A stretch of DNA of 58,453 nucleotides, counting the filler, from Sluysia triapertura (taxonomy: Eukaryota): the NCBI GenBank assembly GCA_046118255.1. It is 4 parts of 4 records of this genome, joined end to end, with 100 filler letters (N's around TTAATTAATTAA, not from the genome) between each part and the next. Parts side by side here need not be neighbours in the genome. Positions count along the whole stretch, not along the records: positions 1 to 14,839 come from JBJNIA010247649.1; positions 14,940 to 27,661 come from JBJNIA010086581.1; 2 more parts are not named here. The stretch is one strand, 5' to 3'. Shown piece after piece: positions 11,873-24,031 of the stretch. The notes under the pieces were generated by a model. It had not been told where the DNA came from. It did not search any database and saw only the letters and a list, made by a program, of their open reading frames with translations. The translations under genes were made by a program, and so were the position numbers. How positions within the stretch are numbered: the first letter of the stretch is position 1; every line of letters starts with the position of its first letter.

Positions 11873-14199
11873 GAATTAAATAAATTATTAATTTCTCTTT
11901 ATCAGTAAAAGATATTATCAATGAATTTCTGTGATCTTCAATATTGAATTAAATTAAATTTATATAGTAAAGATTAAAACTGCTATACCAACCGCTATTA
12001 TAATAAAGGATTATGACAAAATCAATATTATTATTTGTACTGTAAAAATTTTTCTAATTATGCTCATAAAACTGTTCAGTAACACAATATATTATAGTAG
12101 AGTAGTTGTAAACAAACATGCAATAATAAAAGGTGATGAAATTTGTCTTTAACACATTTTGTGATTTGACTCTGTAACTATCATTGGCTGTTCAATCAGG
12201 ACAAGAGACAACAATGAAAATAGCAATTCCGATTGGACAACGAGTGAAAGCGTAACTAAAGTAATGATATGACTCTACCAAGTGACCATCAATAATGACA
12301 GCAGATGGTAAATACGAATTGATACTGCCATTATTGATAGTGGTAGTTACTGAACGGAATTAATGATGTTTTGATTTAAGTTAATTATGATAAAACTAAC
12401 GATAATAAAAATAATAAAAATGACGATAAATTAAATAAAAACATAAATTTCTTTCTTTGATTATTACACAAACGTTCTTTTAATTTTAACTATTTTCTTG
12501 ACGCATCTTGAAATGTTAATAAGTTGATAAGAGGTATCAATGTGGTTAATGTTGGAGATTGATGGATGTATAAAGTTAAAATTCTAACGTTGCGAGATAG
12601 TAAATGAAAATGTTTTAAATGAACTTTTAAATATACATTGAAGGTTTTGAAAGTCATAGTTTGAATGTTGACAGATTGTGTATTAAAAATGTTTTGAACA
12701 AGGTTTAATGCGTATTAATGGTTTTGAAATTAGACTAGTTTTAGTGGATCTGAAAGGAATAAAATATAGTAATGGTTTTGATAATTTCTAAGAGGTATTT
12801 GTGCAATGTTAAGAGTTGTGCTTATGATTGTACTGTTATTGAATTATGAGTAGAAAATGTTCTTGATGCATTTTTTTAATGTATGTTATTAATCTGAAAG
12901 TAAATGTAATTTTAATGTTATGAAGTATGAAATAGAGATGTTTTGAGAAGGTTAGGATAATGTTTTAGTGGAAGTAAAGGAATGAAATATGGAAAGATTT
13001 AAATGTAAGAATAGTTAAAATGTTATGGAATGTGATTTTATGTGAAATGTGTTGAATTAAGTTTGCAATATTATGGATTAATTTTTTAAGTAAATCTTTG
13101 ATGATTTTCGGTATTAAATGTAAATTTGATGTTATGTAATTTTATGTTTAGAATATTTGGAAATATTATGAATTATGAAATGTTGTGAAAGGTGATTTCG
13201 CTGTGATTTTTTAAAATAAAACTATAAGATATTGGGTTGGTCACCACAGTATTTGCTAACTATTATTAATATTTGAACTAAATTAACATTACTAATTAAA
13301 TGCATTATATCTAATTACTGTTGATAGTTGAAAAATAACTATTAATATTCAGACAAAATGTAAACATTAAAAATTAATTATTTAATGCTTAACAAAAAAA
13401 CAATATAAGTACAGTTACTGAAAATAAAAAACGCTACAAAATAATAGAAAACTTCACTGAAGAATTTATTGAAGAATTTAAACTGAAGAAATTGAATTTA
13501 TCGATACGCATCGATACCACTGGACATTTATTACAAACAAAAATTAATTGAACATTCCAATCTTAATTGAAACAGTAAGTAATATTATATTTCCTTCGAA
13601 CAATAAAATTATAAAATAATTTTATTTTTAAAAATTTTAATTTTAAAAATTAAAACTGTACATTTTTTGTTATCATTGTTTCAGTATAAATCTGTAAACT
13701 ATAAATAAACTATAAACTGTAAATGTCAAATTGAAATATAATAAACTGTAAACTACAACCGTAAGTGTAAGTAATGAATGTTAAATTGAAATATAATAAA
13801 TAAAAACTGTAATGTATGTAAATTTTAAGTAAAGTAATATTTGTAATATTTTAATTATAAATAATATTTTAATATTTTAAGCAATAAATATTTTCAACTA
13901 AAATATTTTAATATTCCAGAATAAAGTGAAATAATGATAATTAAGTTGCTATTATTATGATTATTATTATTAACATGTGTAATTAGATAATTGATATTGA
14001 ATGGATTTGTGCTACAAAATTATTAGTATGTATAATTAGACAATCGGTTTTAGTGGATTTGTATTACAAAATTATTCTTAGCATTTGTAATTAGACAATT
14101 GATTTAAATATTGATTGTAATTAGATTTAGTTTTGAATATTCGTATTGACTATTTAATTTTGACTACTATTATAAAAATATTATTTGATTTGTACTGCA

Positions 14200-14500
14200 C
14201 AAAGAGTATAAAAGGAGTAAAAATTAAAACAAAACACACTGTGGAAATTGGAGAAGATAAATTTTTTTAATTTTGGCCGATCTACCTTTATCAATAACAG
14301 TGAAGAACAAGAACTCTATTATTAAACATTGGTATATTCAATTTTGATTCAGTAAGTAATTATTTATTATTTCATTTTTTTTCTGGAATTTCTTAAAATT
14401 TTACTTTATCCTTTATAAATAAAAGAAATAAATAAATAATTTTGAGTGTTATTGTTTTATTTTAAAATCGATCTTTGGGAGTGGTGCCACTATTAAATCT
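14200..14500 (+). promoter_or_regulatory. TATA plus splice-donor module resembling the LTR-like repeat family
   Basis: GAGTATAAAAGG (~14204), AACACAC start-like motif, CA/GTAAGT donor (~14352) and GGGAGTGGTGCC (~14478). The layout is the same as at 30648 and 42188. Confidence 0.4.
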
Positions 14501-14761
14501 ACTTATAAAATATTACCTTTGAATATTAGTTAGAGTGTAACTAAATAATTATTAAGCACTTCTATCCTAAACAACAGGGACAAGTACATTAATTCATACT
14601 TCCAGTTAAGTCTAATATAAAGTGATGCTATTAATTGAATTTCAGAATAACTATAAATTTTATAAAGGATTTGAATTAACAATACAGAGCAAGGATTTTT
14701 TAGAGTATAAAATAATATCCAGACATATTTAAATTTGTTATAGATTTAAACAAATAACATA

Positions 14762-14839
14762 TGGGGTCGTTCGGAAAACACGTCACACTTTAGGGGGGAG
14801 GGGGGGTCTAGAAAAGTGTGACACATTGTGACAGGGGGG
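14762..14839 (+). mobile_element. End of a MITE-like element truncated by the gap
   Basis: GGGGTCGTTCGGAAAACACGTCACAC...GGGGGGAGGGGGGG...GTGTGACA is a GC-rich end with an internal GTCACACTTT/AAAGTGTGAC inverted repeat, typical of a widespread invertebrate MITE type. Superfamily is uncertain. Confidence 0.55.
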
Positions 14840-14939
14840 NNNNNNNNNNNNNNNNNNNNNNNNNNNNNNNNNNNNNNNNNNNNTTAATTAATTAANNNNN
14901 NNNNNNNNNNNNNNNNNNNNNNNNNNNNNNNNNNNNNNN
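14840..14939. other. Assembly gap with TTAATTAATTAA linker
   Basis: N44-TTAATTAATTAA-N44, identical in all three gaps. Confidence 0.98.

Positions 14940-15010
<71 letters not shown>
14940..15010. repeat. (AAT)n microsatellite at contig start
   Basis: Direct read. Confidence 0.95.
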
Positions 15011-15012
<2 letters not shown>

Positions 15013-17139
15013 GATAGTGTTATAAATATTTTAACTATTTTTATCTAATTTTATTTTAAATTTTTTACTTTCACTTTGACTTTGTTATTTAAATCCCATT
15101 CTTTAGAACTGTCAAAATTATTCGGAAGGTTAAAGTCTTACTCGTCTCTGGAAATGCAATTAATTTTAAGAATTTAAAATTTCGAACTTTCTCCTCATTT
15201 GTACTTAAACGAAATAAAAAGACTTAGTTTTATTAACCACGAAACTATATACCAAAAGAGTGATTTTAAAGAGTTTTTTAATTTTATATTAGTTTATTCA
15301 ATAAGTTTATTATTGAATTCTTTTTCTACGTTTAACTTCACAATTAATTCAATATAATTCAAAGTTTTAATTCAATAAACAATATGTTGGGCAAGAAATT
15401 GTTACAAATCTTCAATAATTGTGGTAAGTCTTCAATATACACCTGATAATAATTGTGGCAATGTAGTGCAATTTGTTGGTTCTTATATACTATATGCAAT
15501 AATAAATTCCAATATTTCAATAATTCCAATACTAATTTACTATAAGATAAATTTTATTCCGTAATGTTTATTCCTATATTATAAATTCAATATTTATTTC
15601 AGTAATTCCAATTACAATAAATTCTAATATCAATAATTTCTGTAGTTATTCTATGATAACTCTACTATTCAATAATAATAAATTTAATTTAGTTTTAAAA
15701 CATAAATTTATAAGTAATTTAATTTAGTATAATTATTTATATAATAGTTTATAATTAATTTTTATTTCATAACAATAATAATAAAATAATAATTACTAAA
15801 TAACAATAATTTTGCAATATTATTTAATAATTAACTACTTACAACAGTAAGTGGATAATCATTTGTAAAAATTCAAAATAACAATAATAAATAATAATGA
15901 TAATAATAATAGACATAATTTAAGTATTTGTTCTTTTCCATTTATTAGAATTCTTTTGATGGCGACATTATTTTAGATTATAAGATATTATGTTAATACT
16001 AAGAATGATCAATATGCATTCTTTAACAAGTATAAATGCACGTATTTTAATTGTTTGGATGAATGTATTTAACCGTGAATTGTCTTCATAAAATGTTAAT
16101 GTTTGAACTATTATTAGGCTTTATTTTAAGAAGCGTTGGTAAGAGAATACCTTTTAATTATCGTATTATTTTATTGAATCATTGAATTAAATTTCAATAA
16201 AATATTTAAACTAATTATAAATATCAGACCAGAAATTATTTTTTGCTTTATTTCAGAAAATTATTATAAATGAAATTGACGTTATGAAGGTCAAGTTTTT
16301 TATAAAATATATTTTAAACAATTGTCTGTATTATTATTATAATATATTTATTATAATAGATTATCATCATCATCATCATCATCAGAAATGGTTTTTTAGA
16401 GAAATAATAAGAGATAACTAATGTTAAAAAACAGATGAAAAGAGGTAAAAAGTAAAATAATAATCATGTAACAACAATATGATAATAATTTTAATAACAA
16501 TATTAAATTTGAGACTGGTTCTGCGTGAATATAATAATCAATATTATGATGGTTGTTGCGAATATAAAGTAAGCATTGTATGAAGAATGTTGCTGGTTTA
16601 TATACGTTACTTTTTAAAATTTTGTTAACTTTTTAAATTAAATTTTGTTTTAATTATGATATAACATTTTTAAACAATACATTTTCTATTTCGCTTTATT
16701 GCATTATTAAACATAATAATGTGTTATATTTAAAAATTTATTGAATTAAAAAAATTAAATATGAAATATTAATGTCGTAAGTTTTAGTTATAACTTTGAA
16801 GTGAAGAAAAAACAATTTTATCGAAATTTTTTCTTTCCATTTAAACCTAATTTACAAAAATCTTGTTTTTTAAAGAAAGAATTATGTCTATGTAGCCAAA
16901 TTTGTAAGTGAGGAAAATTATAATGTAATAATTTAAATAGATAATTGGTAGAAAATAGATAATTGGTAGATATTTGCTTTTAAAATGTTAAGTTTTGATA
17001 TGAGAAATTAATCTGTGTCTTATTTTATTGGCTTCCTTTTTTTATAATTATTGATTGAAAAAAAATATTTAAAAATTAGAAAATGGTATATATATATATA
17101 TATTTTATTTAATTTTAAAATTATTTTTGTCTTTCAGTT

Positions 17140-18350
17140 TGTAAAAAACGTTCATTTACTGCTTGGTTGTAGTATATTTACTTTTATTAAATTAAATGAT
17201 TGCTTGGACTCATGTCACATTATTATACAATAACATTGGGAATAAGTTGTGACACTTGCTACCAGTAATTTAATTAATGTACATTATTTAGATTAAAAAT
17301 CTAATTGCAACTTTAATTGTAAAATAATTATGCGGATATCATTTAATCAAATTTAATTAAAACATTGCAAAGTAGCAGTAACAATTTCTATTAATAATAT
17401 GAAAAAACATCGGAGCACAGAATTATTTAGAACAGTACTTTAACGGGACTCAAAGGTAATAAGTAATATATAATATTAGTAATATAAATTTATGATTAAT
17501 TTTATGATCAATATTTTTTAACAATTATCAAAATAATTCAGTATATATAATTATTGATTGTATGATATAAAAATTCATATATTCATGTACGAATTTTACA
17601 TGAGTATTTACATACCTGGAATATTAAGTATGCTAATGATTGACTAAAATGCTGAGTCCTGATTCAGCAATTGTTTTTATTAACTTCTCAAATAAAAAAA
17701 TAAATAATAATCACAAAATATTATTACTTAATTATTGCATTTTTAACCCATTCGCTGCCAAGGACGAGTATACTCGTCCTTGGCAGGGTGTCACGCATTG
17801 CCAAGACGAGTATATTCGTCCTACTTTAAATGTATTATAACATGCAGGCTTTTGAATAAGCAAATTATAAATATAAATGGCAATGGGGATGATTTCATAT
17901 AATTTGGGCTTGGCAGCGAATGGGTTAATCTTGTACAATTTGAATAACTAGTGTTAAGAAAAACAAATAAGTAGAAAGATTATGTAAAAATCTTCCTTAA
18001 AGATTGTAAAGGATGTTGAAAATTTGAAAATAAAAACATTTTAAAATGGTATCGTACTTATTTTATAATATATAAATATTCACAACTTAAAAAACGGCTG
18101 GAAAACCCAAAATGTACCTATAAATATCTTTAAATAACAAGATAGAAGCCAGAAACTAATAGAAAAAGTGAGAGAAAAAGCAGGAATCAACAATACTTTC
18201 AGAAAATGTAATATATAAAGTGTGATTGTGTATTACAGTATCGAAATGTATCTATTCACCTAGTTTATTAGTATCAGATTATCTACCCACAGAGAAAAAC
18301 GTATCAATCAAGTTACATTATCTAAATAAAATAAGATTTATATCAATGAA
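17140..18350 (+). pseudogene. Decayed CR1/L2-type LINE ORF1 (PHD finger remnant), interrupted by a piggyBac MITE
   Basis: GISCDTCYQ*FN*C at 17239-17280 matches PHD I.CD.C..WFH..C. YRNVSIH at ~18238 resembles the ORF1 C-terminus. Confidence 0.45.
17747..17924. mobile_element. piggyBac-type MITE, 178 bp
   Basis: TTAA target duplication (17743-17746, 17925-17928) and perfect 16-bp TIRs CCCATTCGCTGCCAAG / CTTGGCAGCGAATGGG. Confidence 0.93.
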
Positions 18351-18519
18351 AACTATCAATACAAATTAGAATTACTACAAAATTTATCCAGATTTGAATT
18401 ATTCGATTTCCGTGGATATTTAACATTTATCAACTCTTGGCAGTCGACATTTGACATATAAAAATTACTGTAGCATTAAATTTTGAATAATATTTAGTAT
18501 CATTTGATTTTGATAGGTA

Positions 18520-19000
18520 CAGTAAGAACGAACAATCTAATAAACATTTATTCATAAAACAAAAATATTAATTTTTTGAAATTCGTGTTTGATTCACGAA
18601 ATCTTCTCCTGAAATAACTTTTGAGCTCAGATTATGTCTGCTTTGAAACATTCAATCCATCCATTTGAAGCTTTAAAAGTATCCTTTCAAATTTTACTTC
18701 CATTTCCTAGTGTCATAGTCTTGATCATATCACCAGATATAATGAACAAACCACTCACACACTAAACTATAGATTTTTTAAAGTGGAAAAGTTATTATAA
18801 ACTCTTTTTACATCGTAAACTCACTTTTATTTATAATATCCATTTTATTTTTAAGAATTTTGTGTATGACTACAATGGAATGTTAAATTTTGCTGCCAGA
18901 TTTTTTTGAGAGTATAAAAGCCCTTCATTGATTTCTGAATTTGATAATTTGAATTTGTTGGTCAATAGTGTACCTTTTCCTACTTTTTTTCCTGATCATT
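18520..19000 (-). mobile_element. Tigger/pogo transposase remnant (psq and CENP-B HTH)
   Basis: MIRKKSRKRYTIDQQIQII...SQKNLAAKFNIP...ISGDMIK...TFKASNGWIECFK; TA-CAGT terminus-like sequence at 18518-18523. Confidence 0.85.
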
Positions 19001-19867
19001 TAATGGTTGAAAATATGAAGTAAATTTTAATAAAATTTAATATTACAAAAATATGATTTATACTATCTTGAAGTGCTAGTTACATGTTTTCAAAAAATGT
19101 GGTGTTCATTAAGTAGAGTGTATATTATGCAGACATCTGACTATCAGATATTTAATTGATCTAAGTATTCTACCAAGGATATTTTTAATTATTCGGTTTT
19201 GACATTCTGGTATTCTATACATACAAAGTATCAGTAAAATAACAAAATTTAATTAAATTTTAAATTAATTTAATTAATTAAATTTATTAATAAAAACATC
19301 CTTAATTAATTCACAGTTAATTCCTTATTCTACAATAAAATTGTTAATCGTTAAATATTGTGGCCCCTTTATAGTCGATTGCTATATTAATCTTTTTTGT
19401 TGATATAAATAGATTTCAGTATTTGAATTAATTAATTAGTCGGAAAATTTATTAGGATATTTCAGATTACAATAACAAAATTGGATTATACATTATAAGT
19501 AATAAACAAACTGGTTACAGAATATCATGCAAACTTTGATAATACCGAAGTTGAAAGTTAAATATCTGTAAAATAAATAAAGAAATCGTATTACAGGAAA
19601 ATAAATAATTTCAGTTAGCAAATTAAATAATTATTATTTTAATAAACACATTTTTTAAAAATAGGTTTATTGAATAAATATTAAAATTTTAAGCATTTTT
19701 TTGAAAGTTTCCGTAATTATTAATTAAAATAACAATATAATATTATTATTTTTATTAGCTTTTAAAATTTTCTTTTATTACTATTGGCTAATATTTGAAC
19801 CAATTGATGTGTTTCATTGAATTTTTTTAACATTTGTTTTAGTAATCATCAAAGTAAAATTTAAAAA

Positions 19868-20293
19868 ATGTCATTGAAATCTTCGTTAAATGAAGATAAA
19901 GAAAACAATAATTTGGTTGTTATGGATTATAAAGAATCTTTATCTTCAATGTCGTATTTGAATAGTAATAATGATAATAATAATAATAATAACGATAATT
20001 ATAATCAACCATTGCAATTATCTCTTGATATGGCTATAAAACCTGATTTACGATCACCAACTGTTGATTTATGTATTGAATATGAATTTTTGCATGCTTT
20101 AACTTGTCTTGCTATTGGTTCAAATGAAAACGAAGACATTGAATTGGATGCTTGTGATGATAGTCATTATTTAACTAGCACACATTATTATGGTAAATCT
20201 ATTTACTTTCATATAACTCCACTATCGGTTTCGAGTTTTGTATCAAGTCCATTTGTTGAATTTATCGAAACTTCACCAACTACCAGTTCATGA
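19868..20293 (+). CDS. Hypothetical 141-aa protein (unknown; may be a gene fragment or pseudogene)
   Basis: ATG in AAAAATG context, coding-like composition and a poly-N tract; AATAAA at ~20496. No domain recognised. Confidence 0.4.
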   Translation: MSLKSSLNEDKENNNLVVMDYKESLSSMSYLNSNNDNNNNNNDNYNQPLQLSLDMAIKPDLRSPTVDLCIEYEFLHALTCLAIGSNENEDIELDACDDSHYLTSTHYYGKSIYFHITPLSVSSFVSSPFVEFIETSPTTSS

Positions 20294-20969
20294 ATTATTC
20301 AATAATTAACATTATTTGTTGAAAAATCACCTGTGAATGATTGATTTTTATAAAAAAAACTTCTGTTTGACTTATGCAATATTGTTCATTCTATAGATTT
20401 ATTATTGATTGTTGATTGTTGATTATTTATGTTATTTACACTATCGAAACAGTGTACAATATTTACATCGATTTTGTGGTAAAAGTTGTTTAAGAAATAA
20501 ATGTCAAATTGTTTTTAATTTTTACTAGTTTCTTGTTATTCTGTCACTTTTAGCAGATTGTCGGAAAATTATTTTTCAATTTTAAGCTTTGTGTAGTGCC
20601 ACATGTACGTACTTTTTTAGTGAATAAAACATTATTCAGAAATTTTTCTACCAATTTAACTTTGGTAAAGTGAAGAAAATCGATCAATATGAATTTAATA
20701 TCATCGAAGATGCAAACTATTAATGTGAATAAGGTTTTTAGGATAAAAATTTGATGGCTAATTAGGAATGGTTAAGGATTTTTAACTGAGTTGATATTAT
20801 TGTTTGAAATTAATTCTTTCAAAATCAAAAAAGAAAACTTAGAATTTAAAATTTTCGGTAATAAATGAAACAGACGACAAACTAAACATAGGATGTAAAT
20901 GCAAATTAAAGAAAATATCAAATATAAGAAAATTTATAATAATGATAACGAATTGTTCATTCATTAATT

Positions 20970-21530
20970 CAAAGATGCACAAACTAGGGGGCGAGCGCGT
21001 GATAATATTTTGGCGGCGCTAAAAATTTTAACATTGTTTAATTTTACAAACAAAATTTTGTTTTTTCTTTGAATATTTTTTGTTGCTTTTTTACCAATTC
21101 AAGTAATGCATAATTTAGGTTCTTGATGTAGAACAATCATCAAGAATAAAATTACAAAGTAAATATACTTACAAATTCATAAAGCAATTATACATGCTAT
21201 TTGGTATTCTACTATTTTTTAGATGTTAATTAAAAATAATGTTAGCAGCTACTAAATAACAGCGACGTGTTGAAAAATATTAATATTTCACAGAAGTGAG
21301 GCATACTATTTTTGACATAAAGAATTAAAATTTAATTTTGTTAATATTTCTTTATTTTTGCTAAAGAATTAGACCTGTTGTTTTCATAATATTTAATTTA
21401 TTTAATTTATAGAAACAGAAAAAATACACTTTGTTATTAAAAAGGTGTTTATTTTATTTATGAAGTTTTTTTTTATTAAGTTTGGGGCGCCGAAAATAAA
21501 TATGTTGAAATGGGGCGCAACTTAAAAAGT
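20970..21530. mobile_element. Probable non-autonomous hAT-like element
   Basis: GC-rich GGGGGCG/GGCGGCGC subterminal motifs at 20987-21019 and GGGGCGC twice at 21484-21518 in an AT-rich background. TIRs are decayed. Confidence 0.4.
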
Positions 21531-21574
21531 ACTCCACTTATATAGTACTCAATTCTATTCAGAATAGTGAAAAA

Positions 21575-21948
21575 ATCTTAATTACTATTGAATCAATCCG
21601 CAAGACCAATTTTCGAAGTAGGAAGATCTCATACAACACTATATCTTAAAGAATTACACTGGTTACCAATGAAAAACAAGATTATAATACAATACAATGA
21701 CACCAACTTATAAATTCTGTATTATTGAAGTTCTGAATAGCTCTTGGAATAGTTCTGAAACCAAAATGCTTACATTTTGGATATAAAAATTTATGCAGAA
21801 TCTACAGTGATAATAGAAAGAAAATATTTCCAAACTATGAAATCAGTTACCAGAAAATGTCAAATATTTAAGAAAATGGCAAAGTTCTTTCTATTTCAGA
21901 AATGTCTCAGTGCTTATTTTATTGTAGATATTATCACTATAGAAATTA

Positions 21949-22010
<62 letters not shown>
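21575..22010 (+). mobile_element. L2/Crack-type LINE 3' remnant with (TTA)n tail
   Basis: LLNQSARPIFEVGRSHTTLYLKELHWLPMKNKI matches the L2 ORF2 C-terminal QN.AAR.I...H.TP.L..LHWLP motif and ends in (TTA)n at ~21948-22009. Confidence 0.85.
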
Positions 22011-22013
<3 letters not shown>

Positions 22014-22760
22014 GAAATACTTTTATTGCATGAAATGCTCATGTAACAATAAGATATTTATTCCATTATGTCTAACCATATTTGCATATTTCAAACAAAT
22101 TGAAAAATTGATAAATCATGCCCTATAGATTTACAAAAATATAAGAAAATGTATCGATTTGAAATCTCTTCTCAGCTCTGAAATGAAAACTTTTTATGAC
22201 TACAAATGCATTATTCTCATGAGTCCATATTAGAATCATATTTGTGTGAAAACATGATGAAAAATTCTCTAATTTGTTTACAACATAAATATTCTGTTTT
22301 AAATATTTCTTATATATTTTTTAAATTTTAATAAAATATATAATGAAAATATTATTCTGATATTACTGGAGAACACAAGTCATGATAGATTATTTATGTA
22401 AAATGATATCCGAGAAAAATAAACAAATACTGCAACAGTCAAATGCACCTAAGATATACCATTTTTTCCTATAATAGGGCAATGATAATTTAATAAGTAA
22501 AGATTTACTTCCAGATGCTTAAAATAGTAGTTTGGATAATAGTTCTAAAGTTTAGGCGCATTTGTAAATGAGTTTAATATTAATTTTGTATTTATGAAAA
22601 TAATTTTTTAAAGATTTTTTAGTAGTCATTTATTATTTTCTTTTATTTTTAATTCGCATTTTCATTGTTTCATATTTGTACCTTATTAAATTAAGTTTAG
22701 TTATGTTTAGTTCATTTTACATTCTTTTGTCAGTTTATCTACTTTTTCATTACTTAATAA

Positions 22761-23340
22761 CGTGTTTCCCGAAAATAAGAGCCAGCGTGATGTTTCAGGA
22801 TGATTTTAATTTAAGACCTACCTCTAAAATAAGCCCTGGTTGATTTGATAGCCGATTAGGATACCTCATAAAGCCAATGAATAGCTTGAGTCAGTGCATT
22901 CTTTAGCACATACTTCTGTATTTAAAGCACAATTAGCTTTAAACTACAACACATTCTGAGATACTTTCATAGTCAAAACATTCTGGTTCACTTCCTGACT
23001 TTGATTGATTATACCAAGATTCTAATTGTGATTTATTTTCAGAAATCCTCCAAGTTTGATTTTATTAGCAATTATCAAAGCATTTCTCCTTTGCTGTACA
23101 GTATTCATAAGAATGACTTTAAATAATGAAAATAAGTTAAATTAAGAATGTTCATAGTTAGTGGTTTTTAAGTATAATACGTATTATTCATTAGTAAATG
23201 CAAATCGGTTTTTTTTGGATATTTAGAAATTTCATAATTCTCTACTTTGTAACTTTGTTTTTCGATAGATGAAAATAGGTTACCCCATAAAAATAATAAG
23301 TGAATATTAATATAAGCCATGTCTTATTTTCGAGGATCCA
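22761..23340. mobile_element. Tigger/pogo-like internally deleted element
   Basis: Inverted ends CGTGTTTCCCGAAAATAAGA (22761) and GTCTTATTTTCGAGGA (23321), with subterminal TAAG(A/C)CC repeats. Confidence 0.7.
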
Positions 23341-23941
23341 ACTTTTATTATGCATTTCAACTTTTTGAATATCATTGGATGATTTTATATGCAACACATA
23401 ATTTTACTGTCAACAGAACATAATCACCTTAAAATATTTAACAAATCTTTAATCATAATCACACGTTTCAGATTATCAAATATTCCTTTTGACATTCTTT
23501 GTTAAACCTTACTAAACTATTTAACACACAATATTACTGGTTAAAACATATTAGTTTCACGTCAGTTAAGCATAATATAAGTATTAAACCATATTATACG
23601 AAGATCATTTTAATTGCAAAGTACATCGAGGTTGAAAATAGCACACTGAGAAACTCAGAAACTCGCAGTTCGTGCTGGGAAATAATGTGTACTTATATTT
23701 GGAAGATTTAGTAAATGAATTTTCAGTTTTTAATTATGACGAATCGAACATGTAAGATAGTAATCTGATAGTCTTATTACTTTTAATATCATTACATTTT
23801 CTTAATTAAATCGAAGAATATTTTTGTGAATTAGAGACATTATTATTATTATCAAATTTTTTGATTACTATTTTAAGATGCTTAACTAATTTTTCATCTT
23901 GATAAAAATGTACACTGATTCCTACTTCAACTTGGTTAGAA

Positions 23942-24028
<87 letters not shown>
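23942..24028. repeat. (AAT)13(ATT)16 inverted microsatellite
   Basis: Direct read; perfect palindrome centred at 23980/23981. Confidence 0.95.

Positions 24029-24031
<3 letters not shown>

Noticed and set aside
14884-14895. TTAATTAATTAA flanked by Ns (also in the other two gaps)
   Set aside because: Identical six-frame-stop scaffolding linker, not biological.
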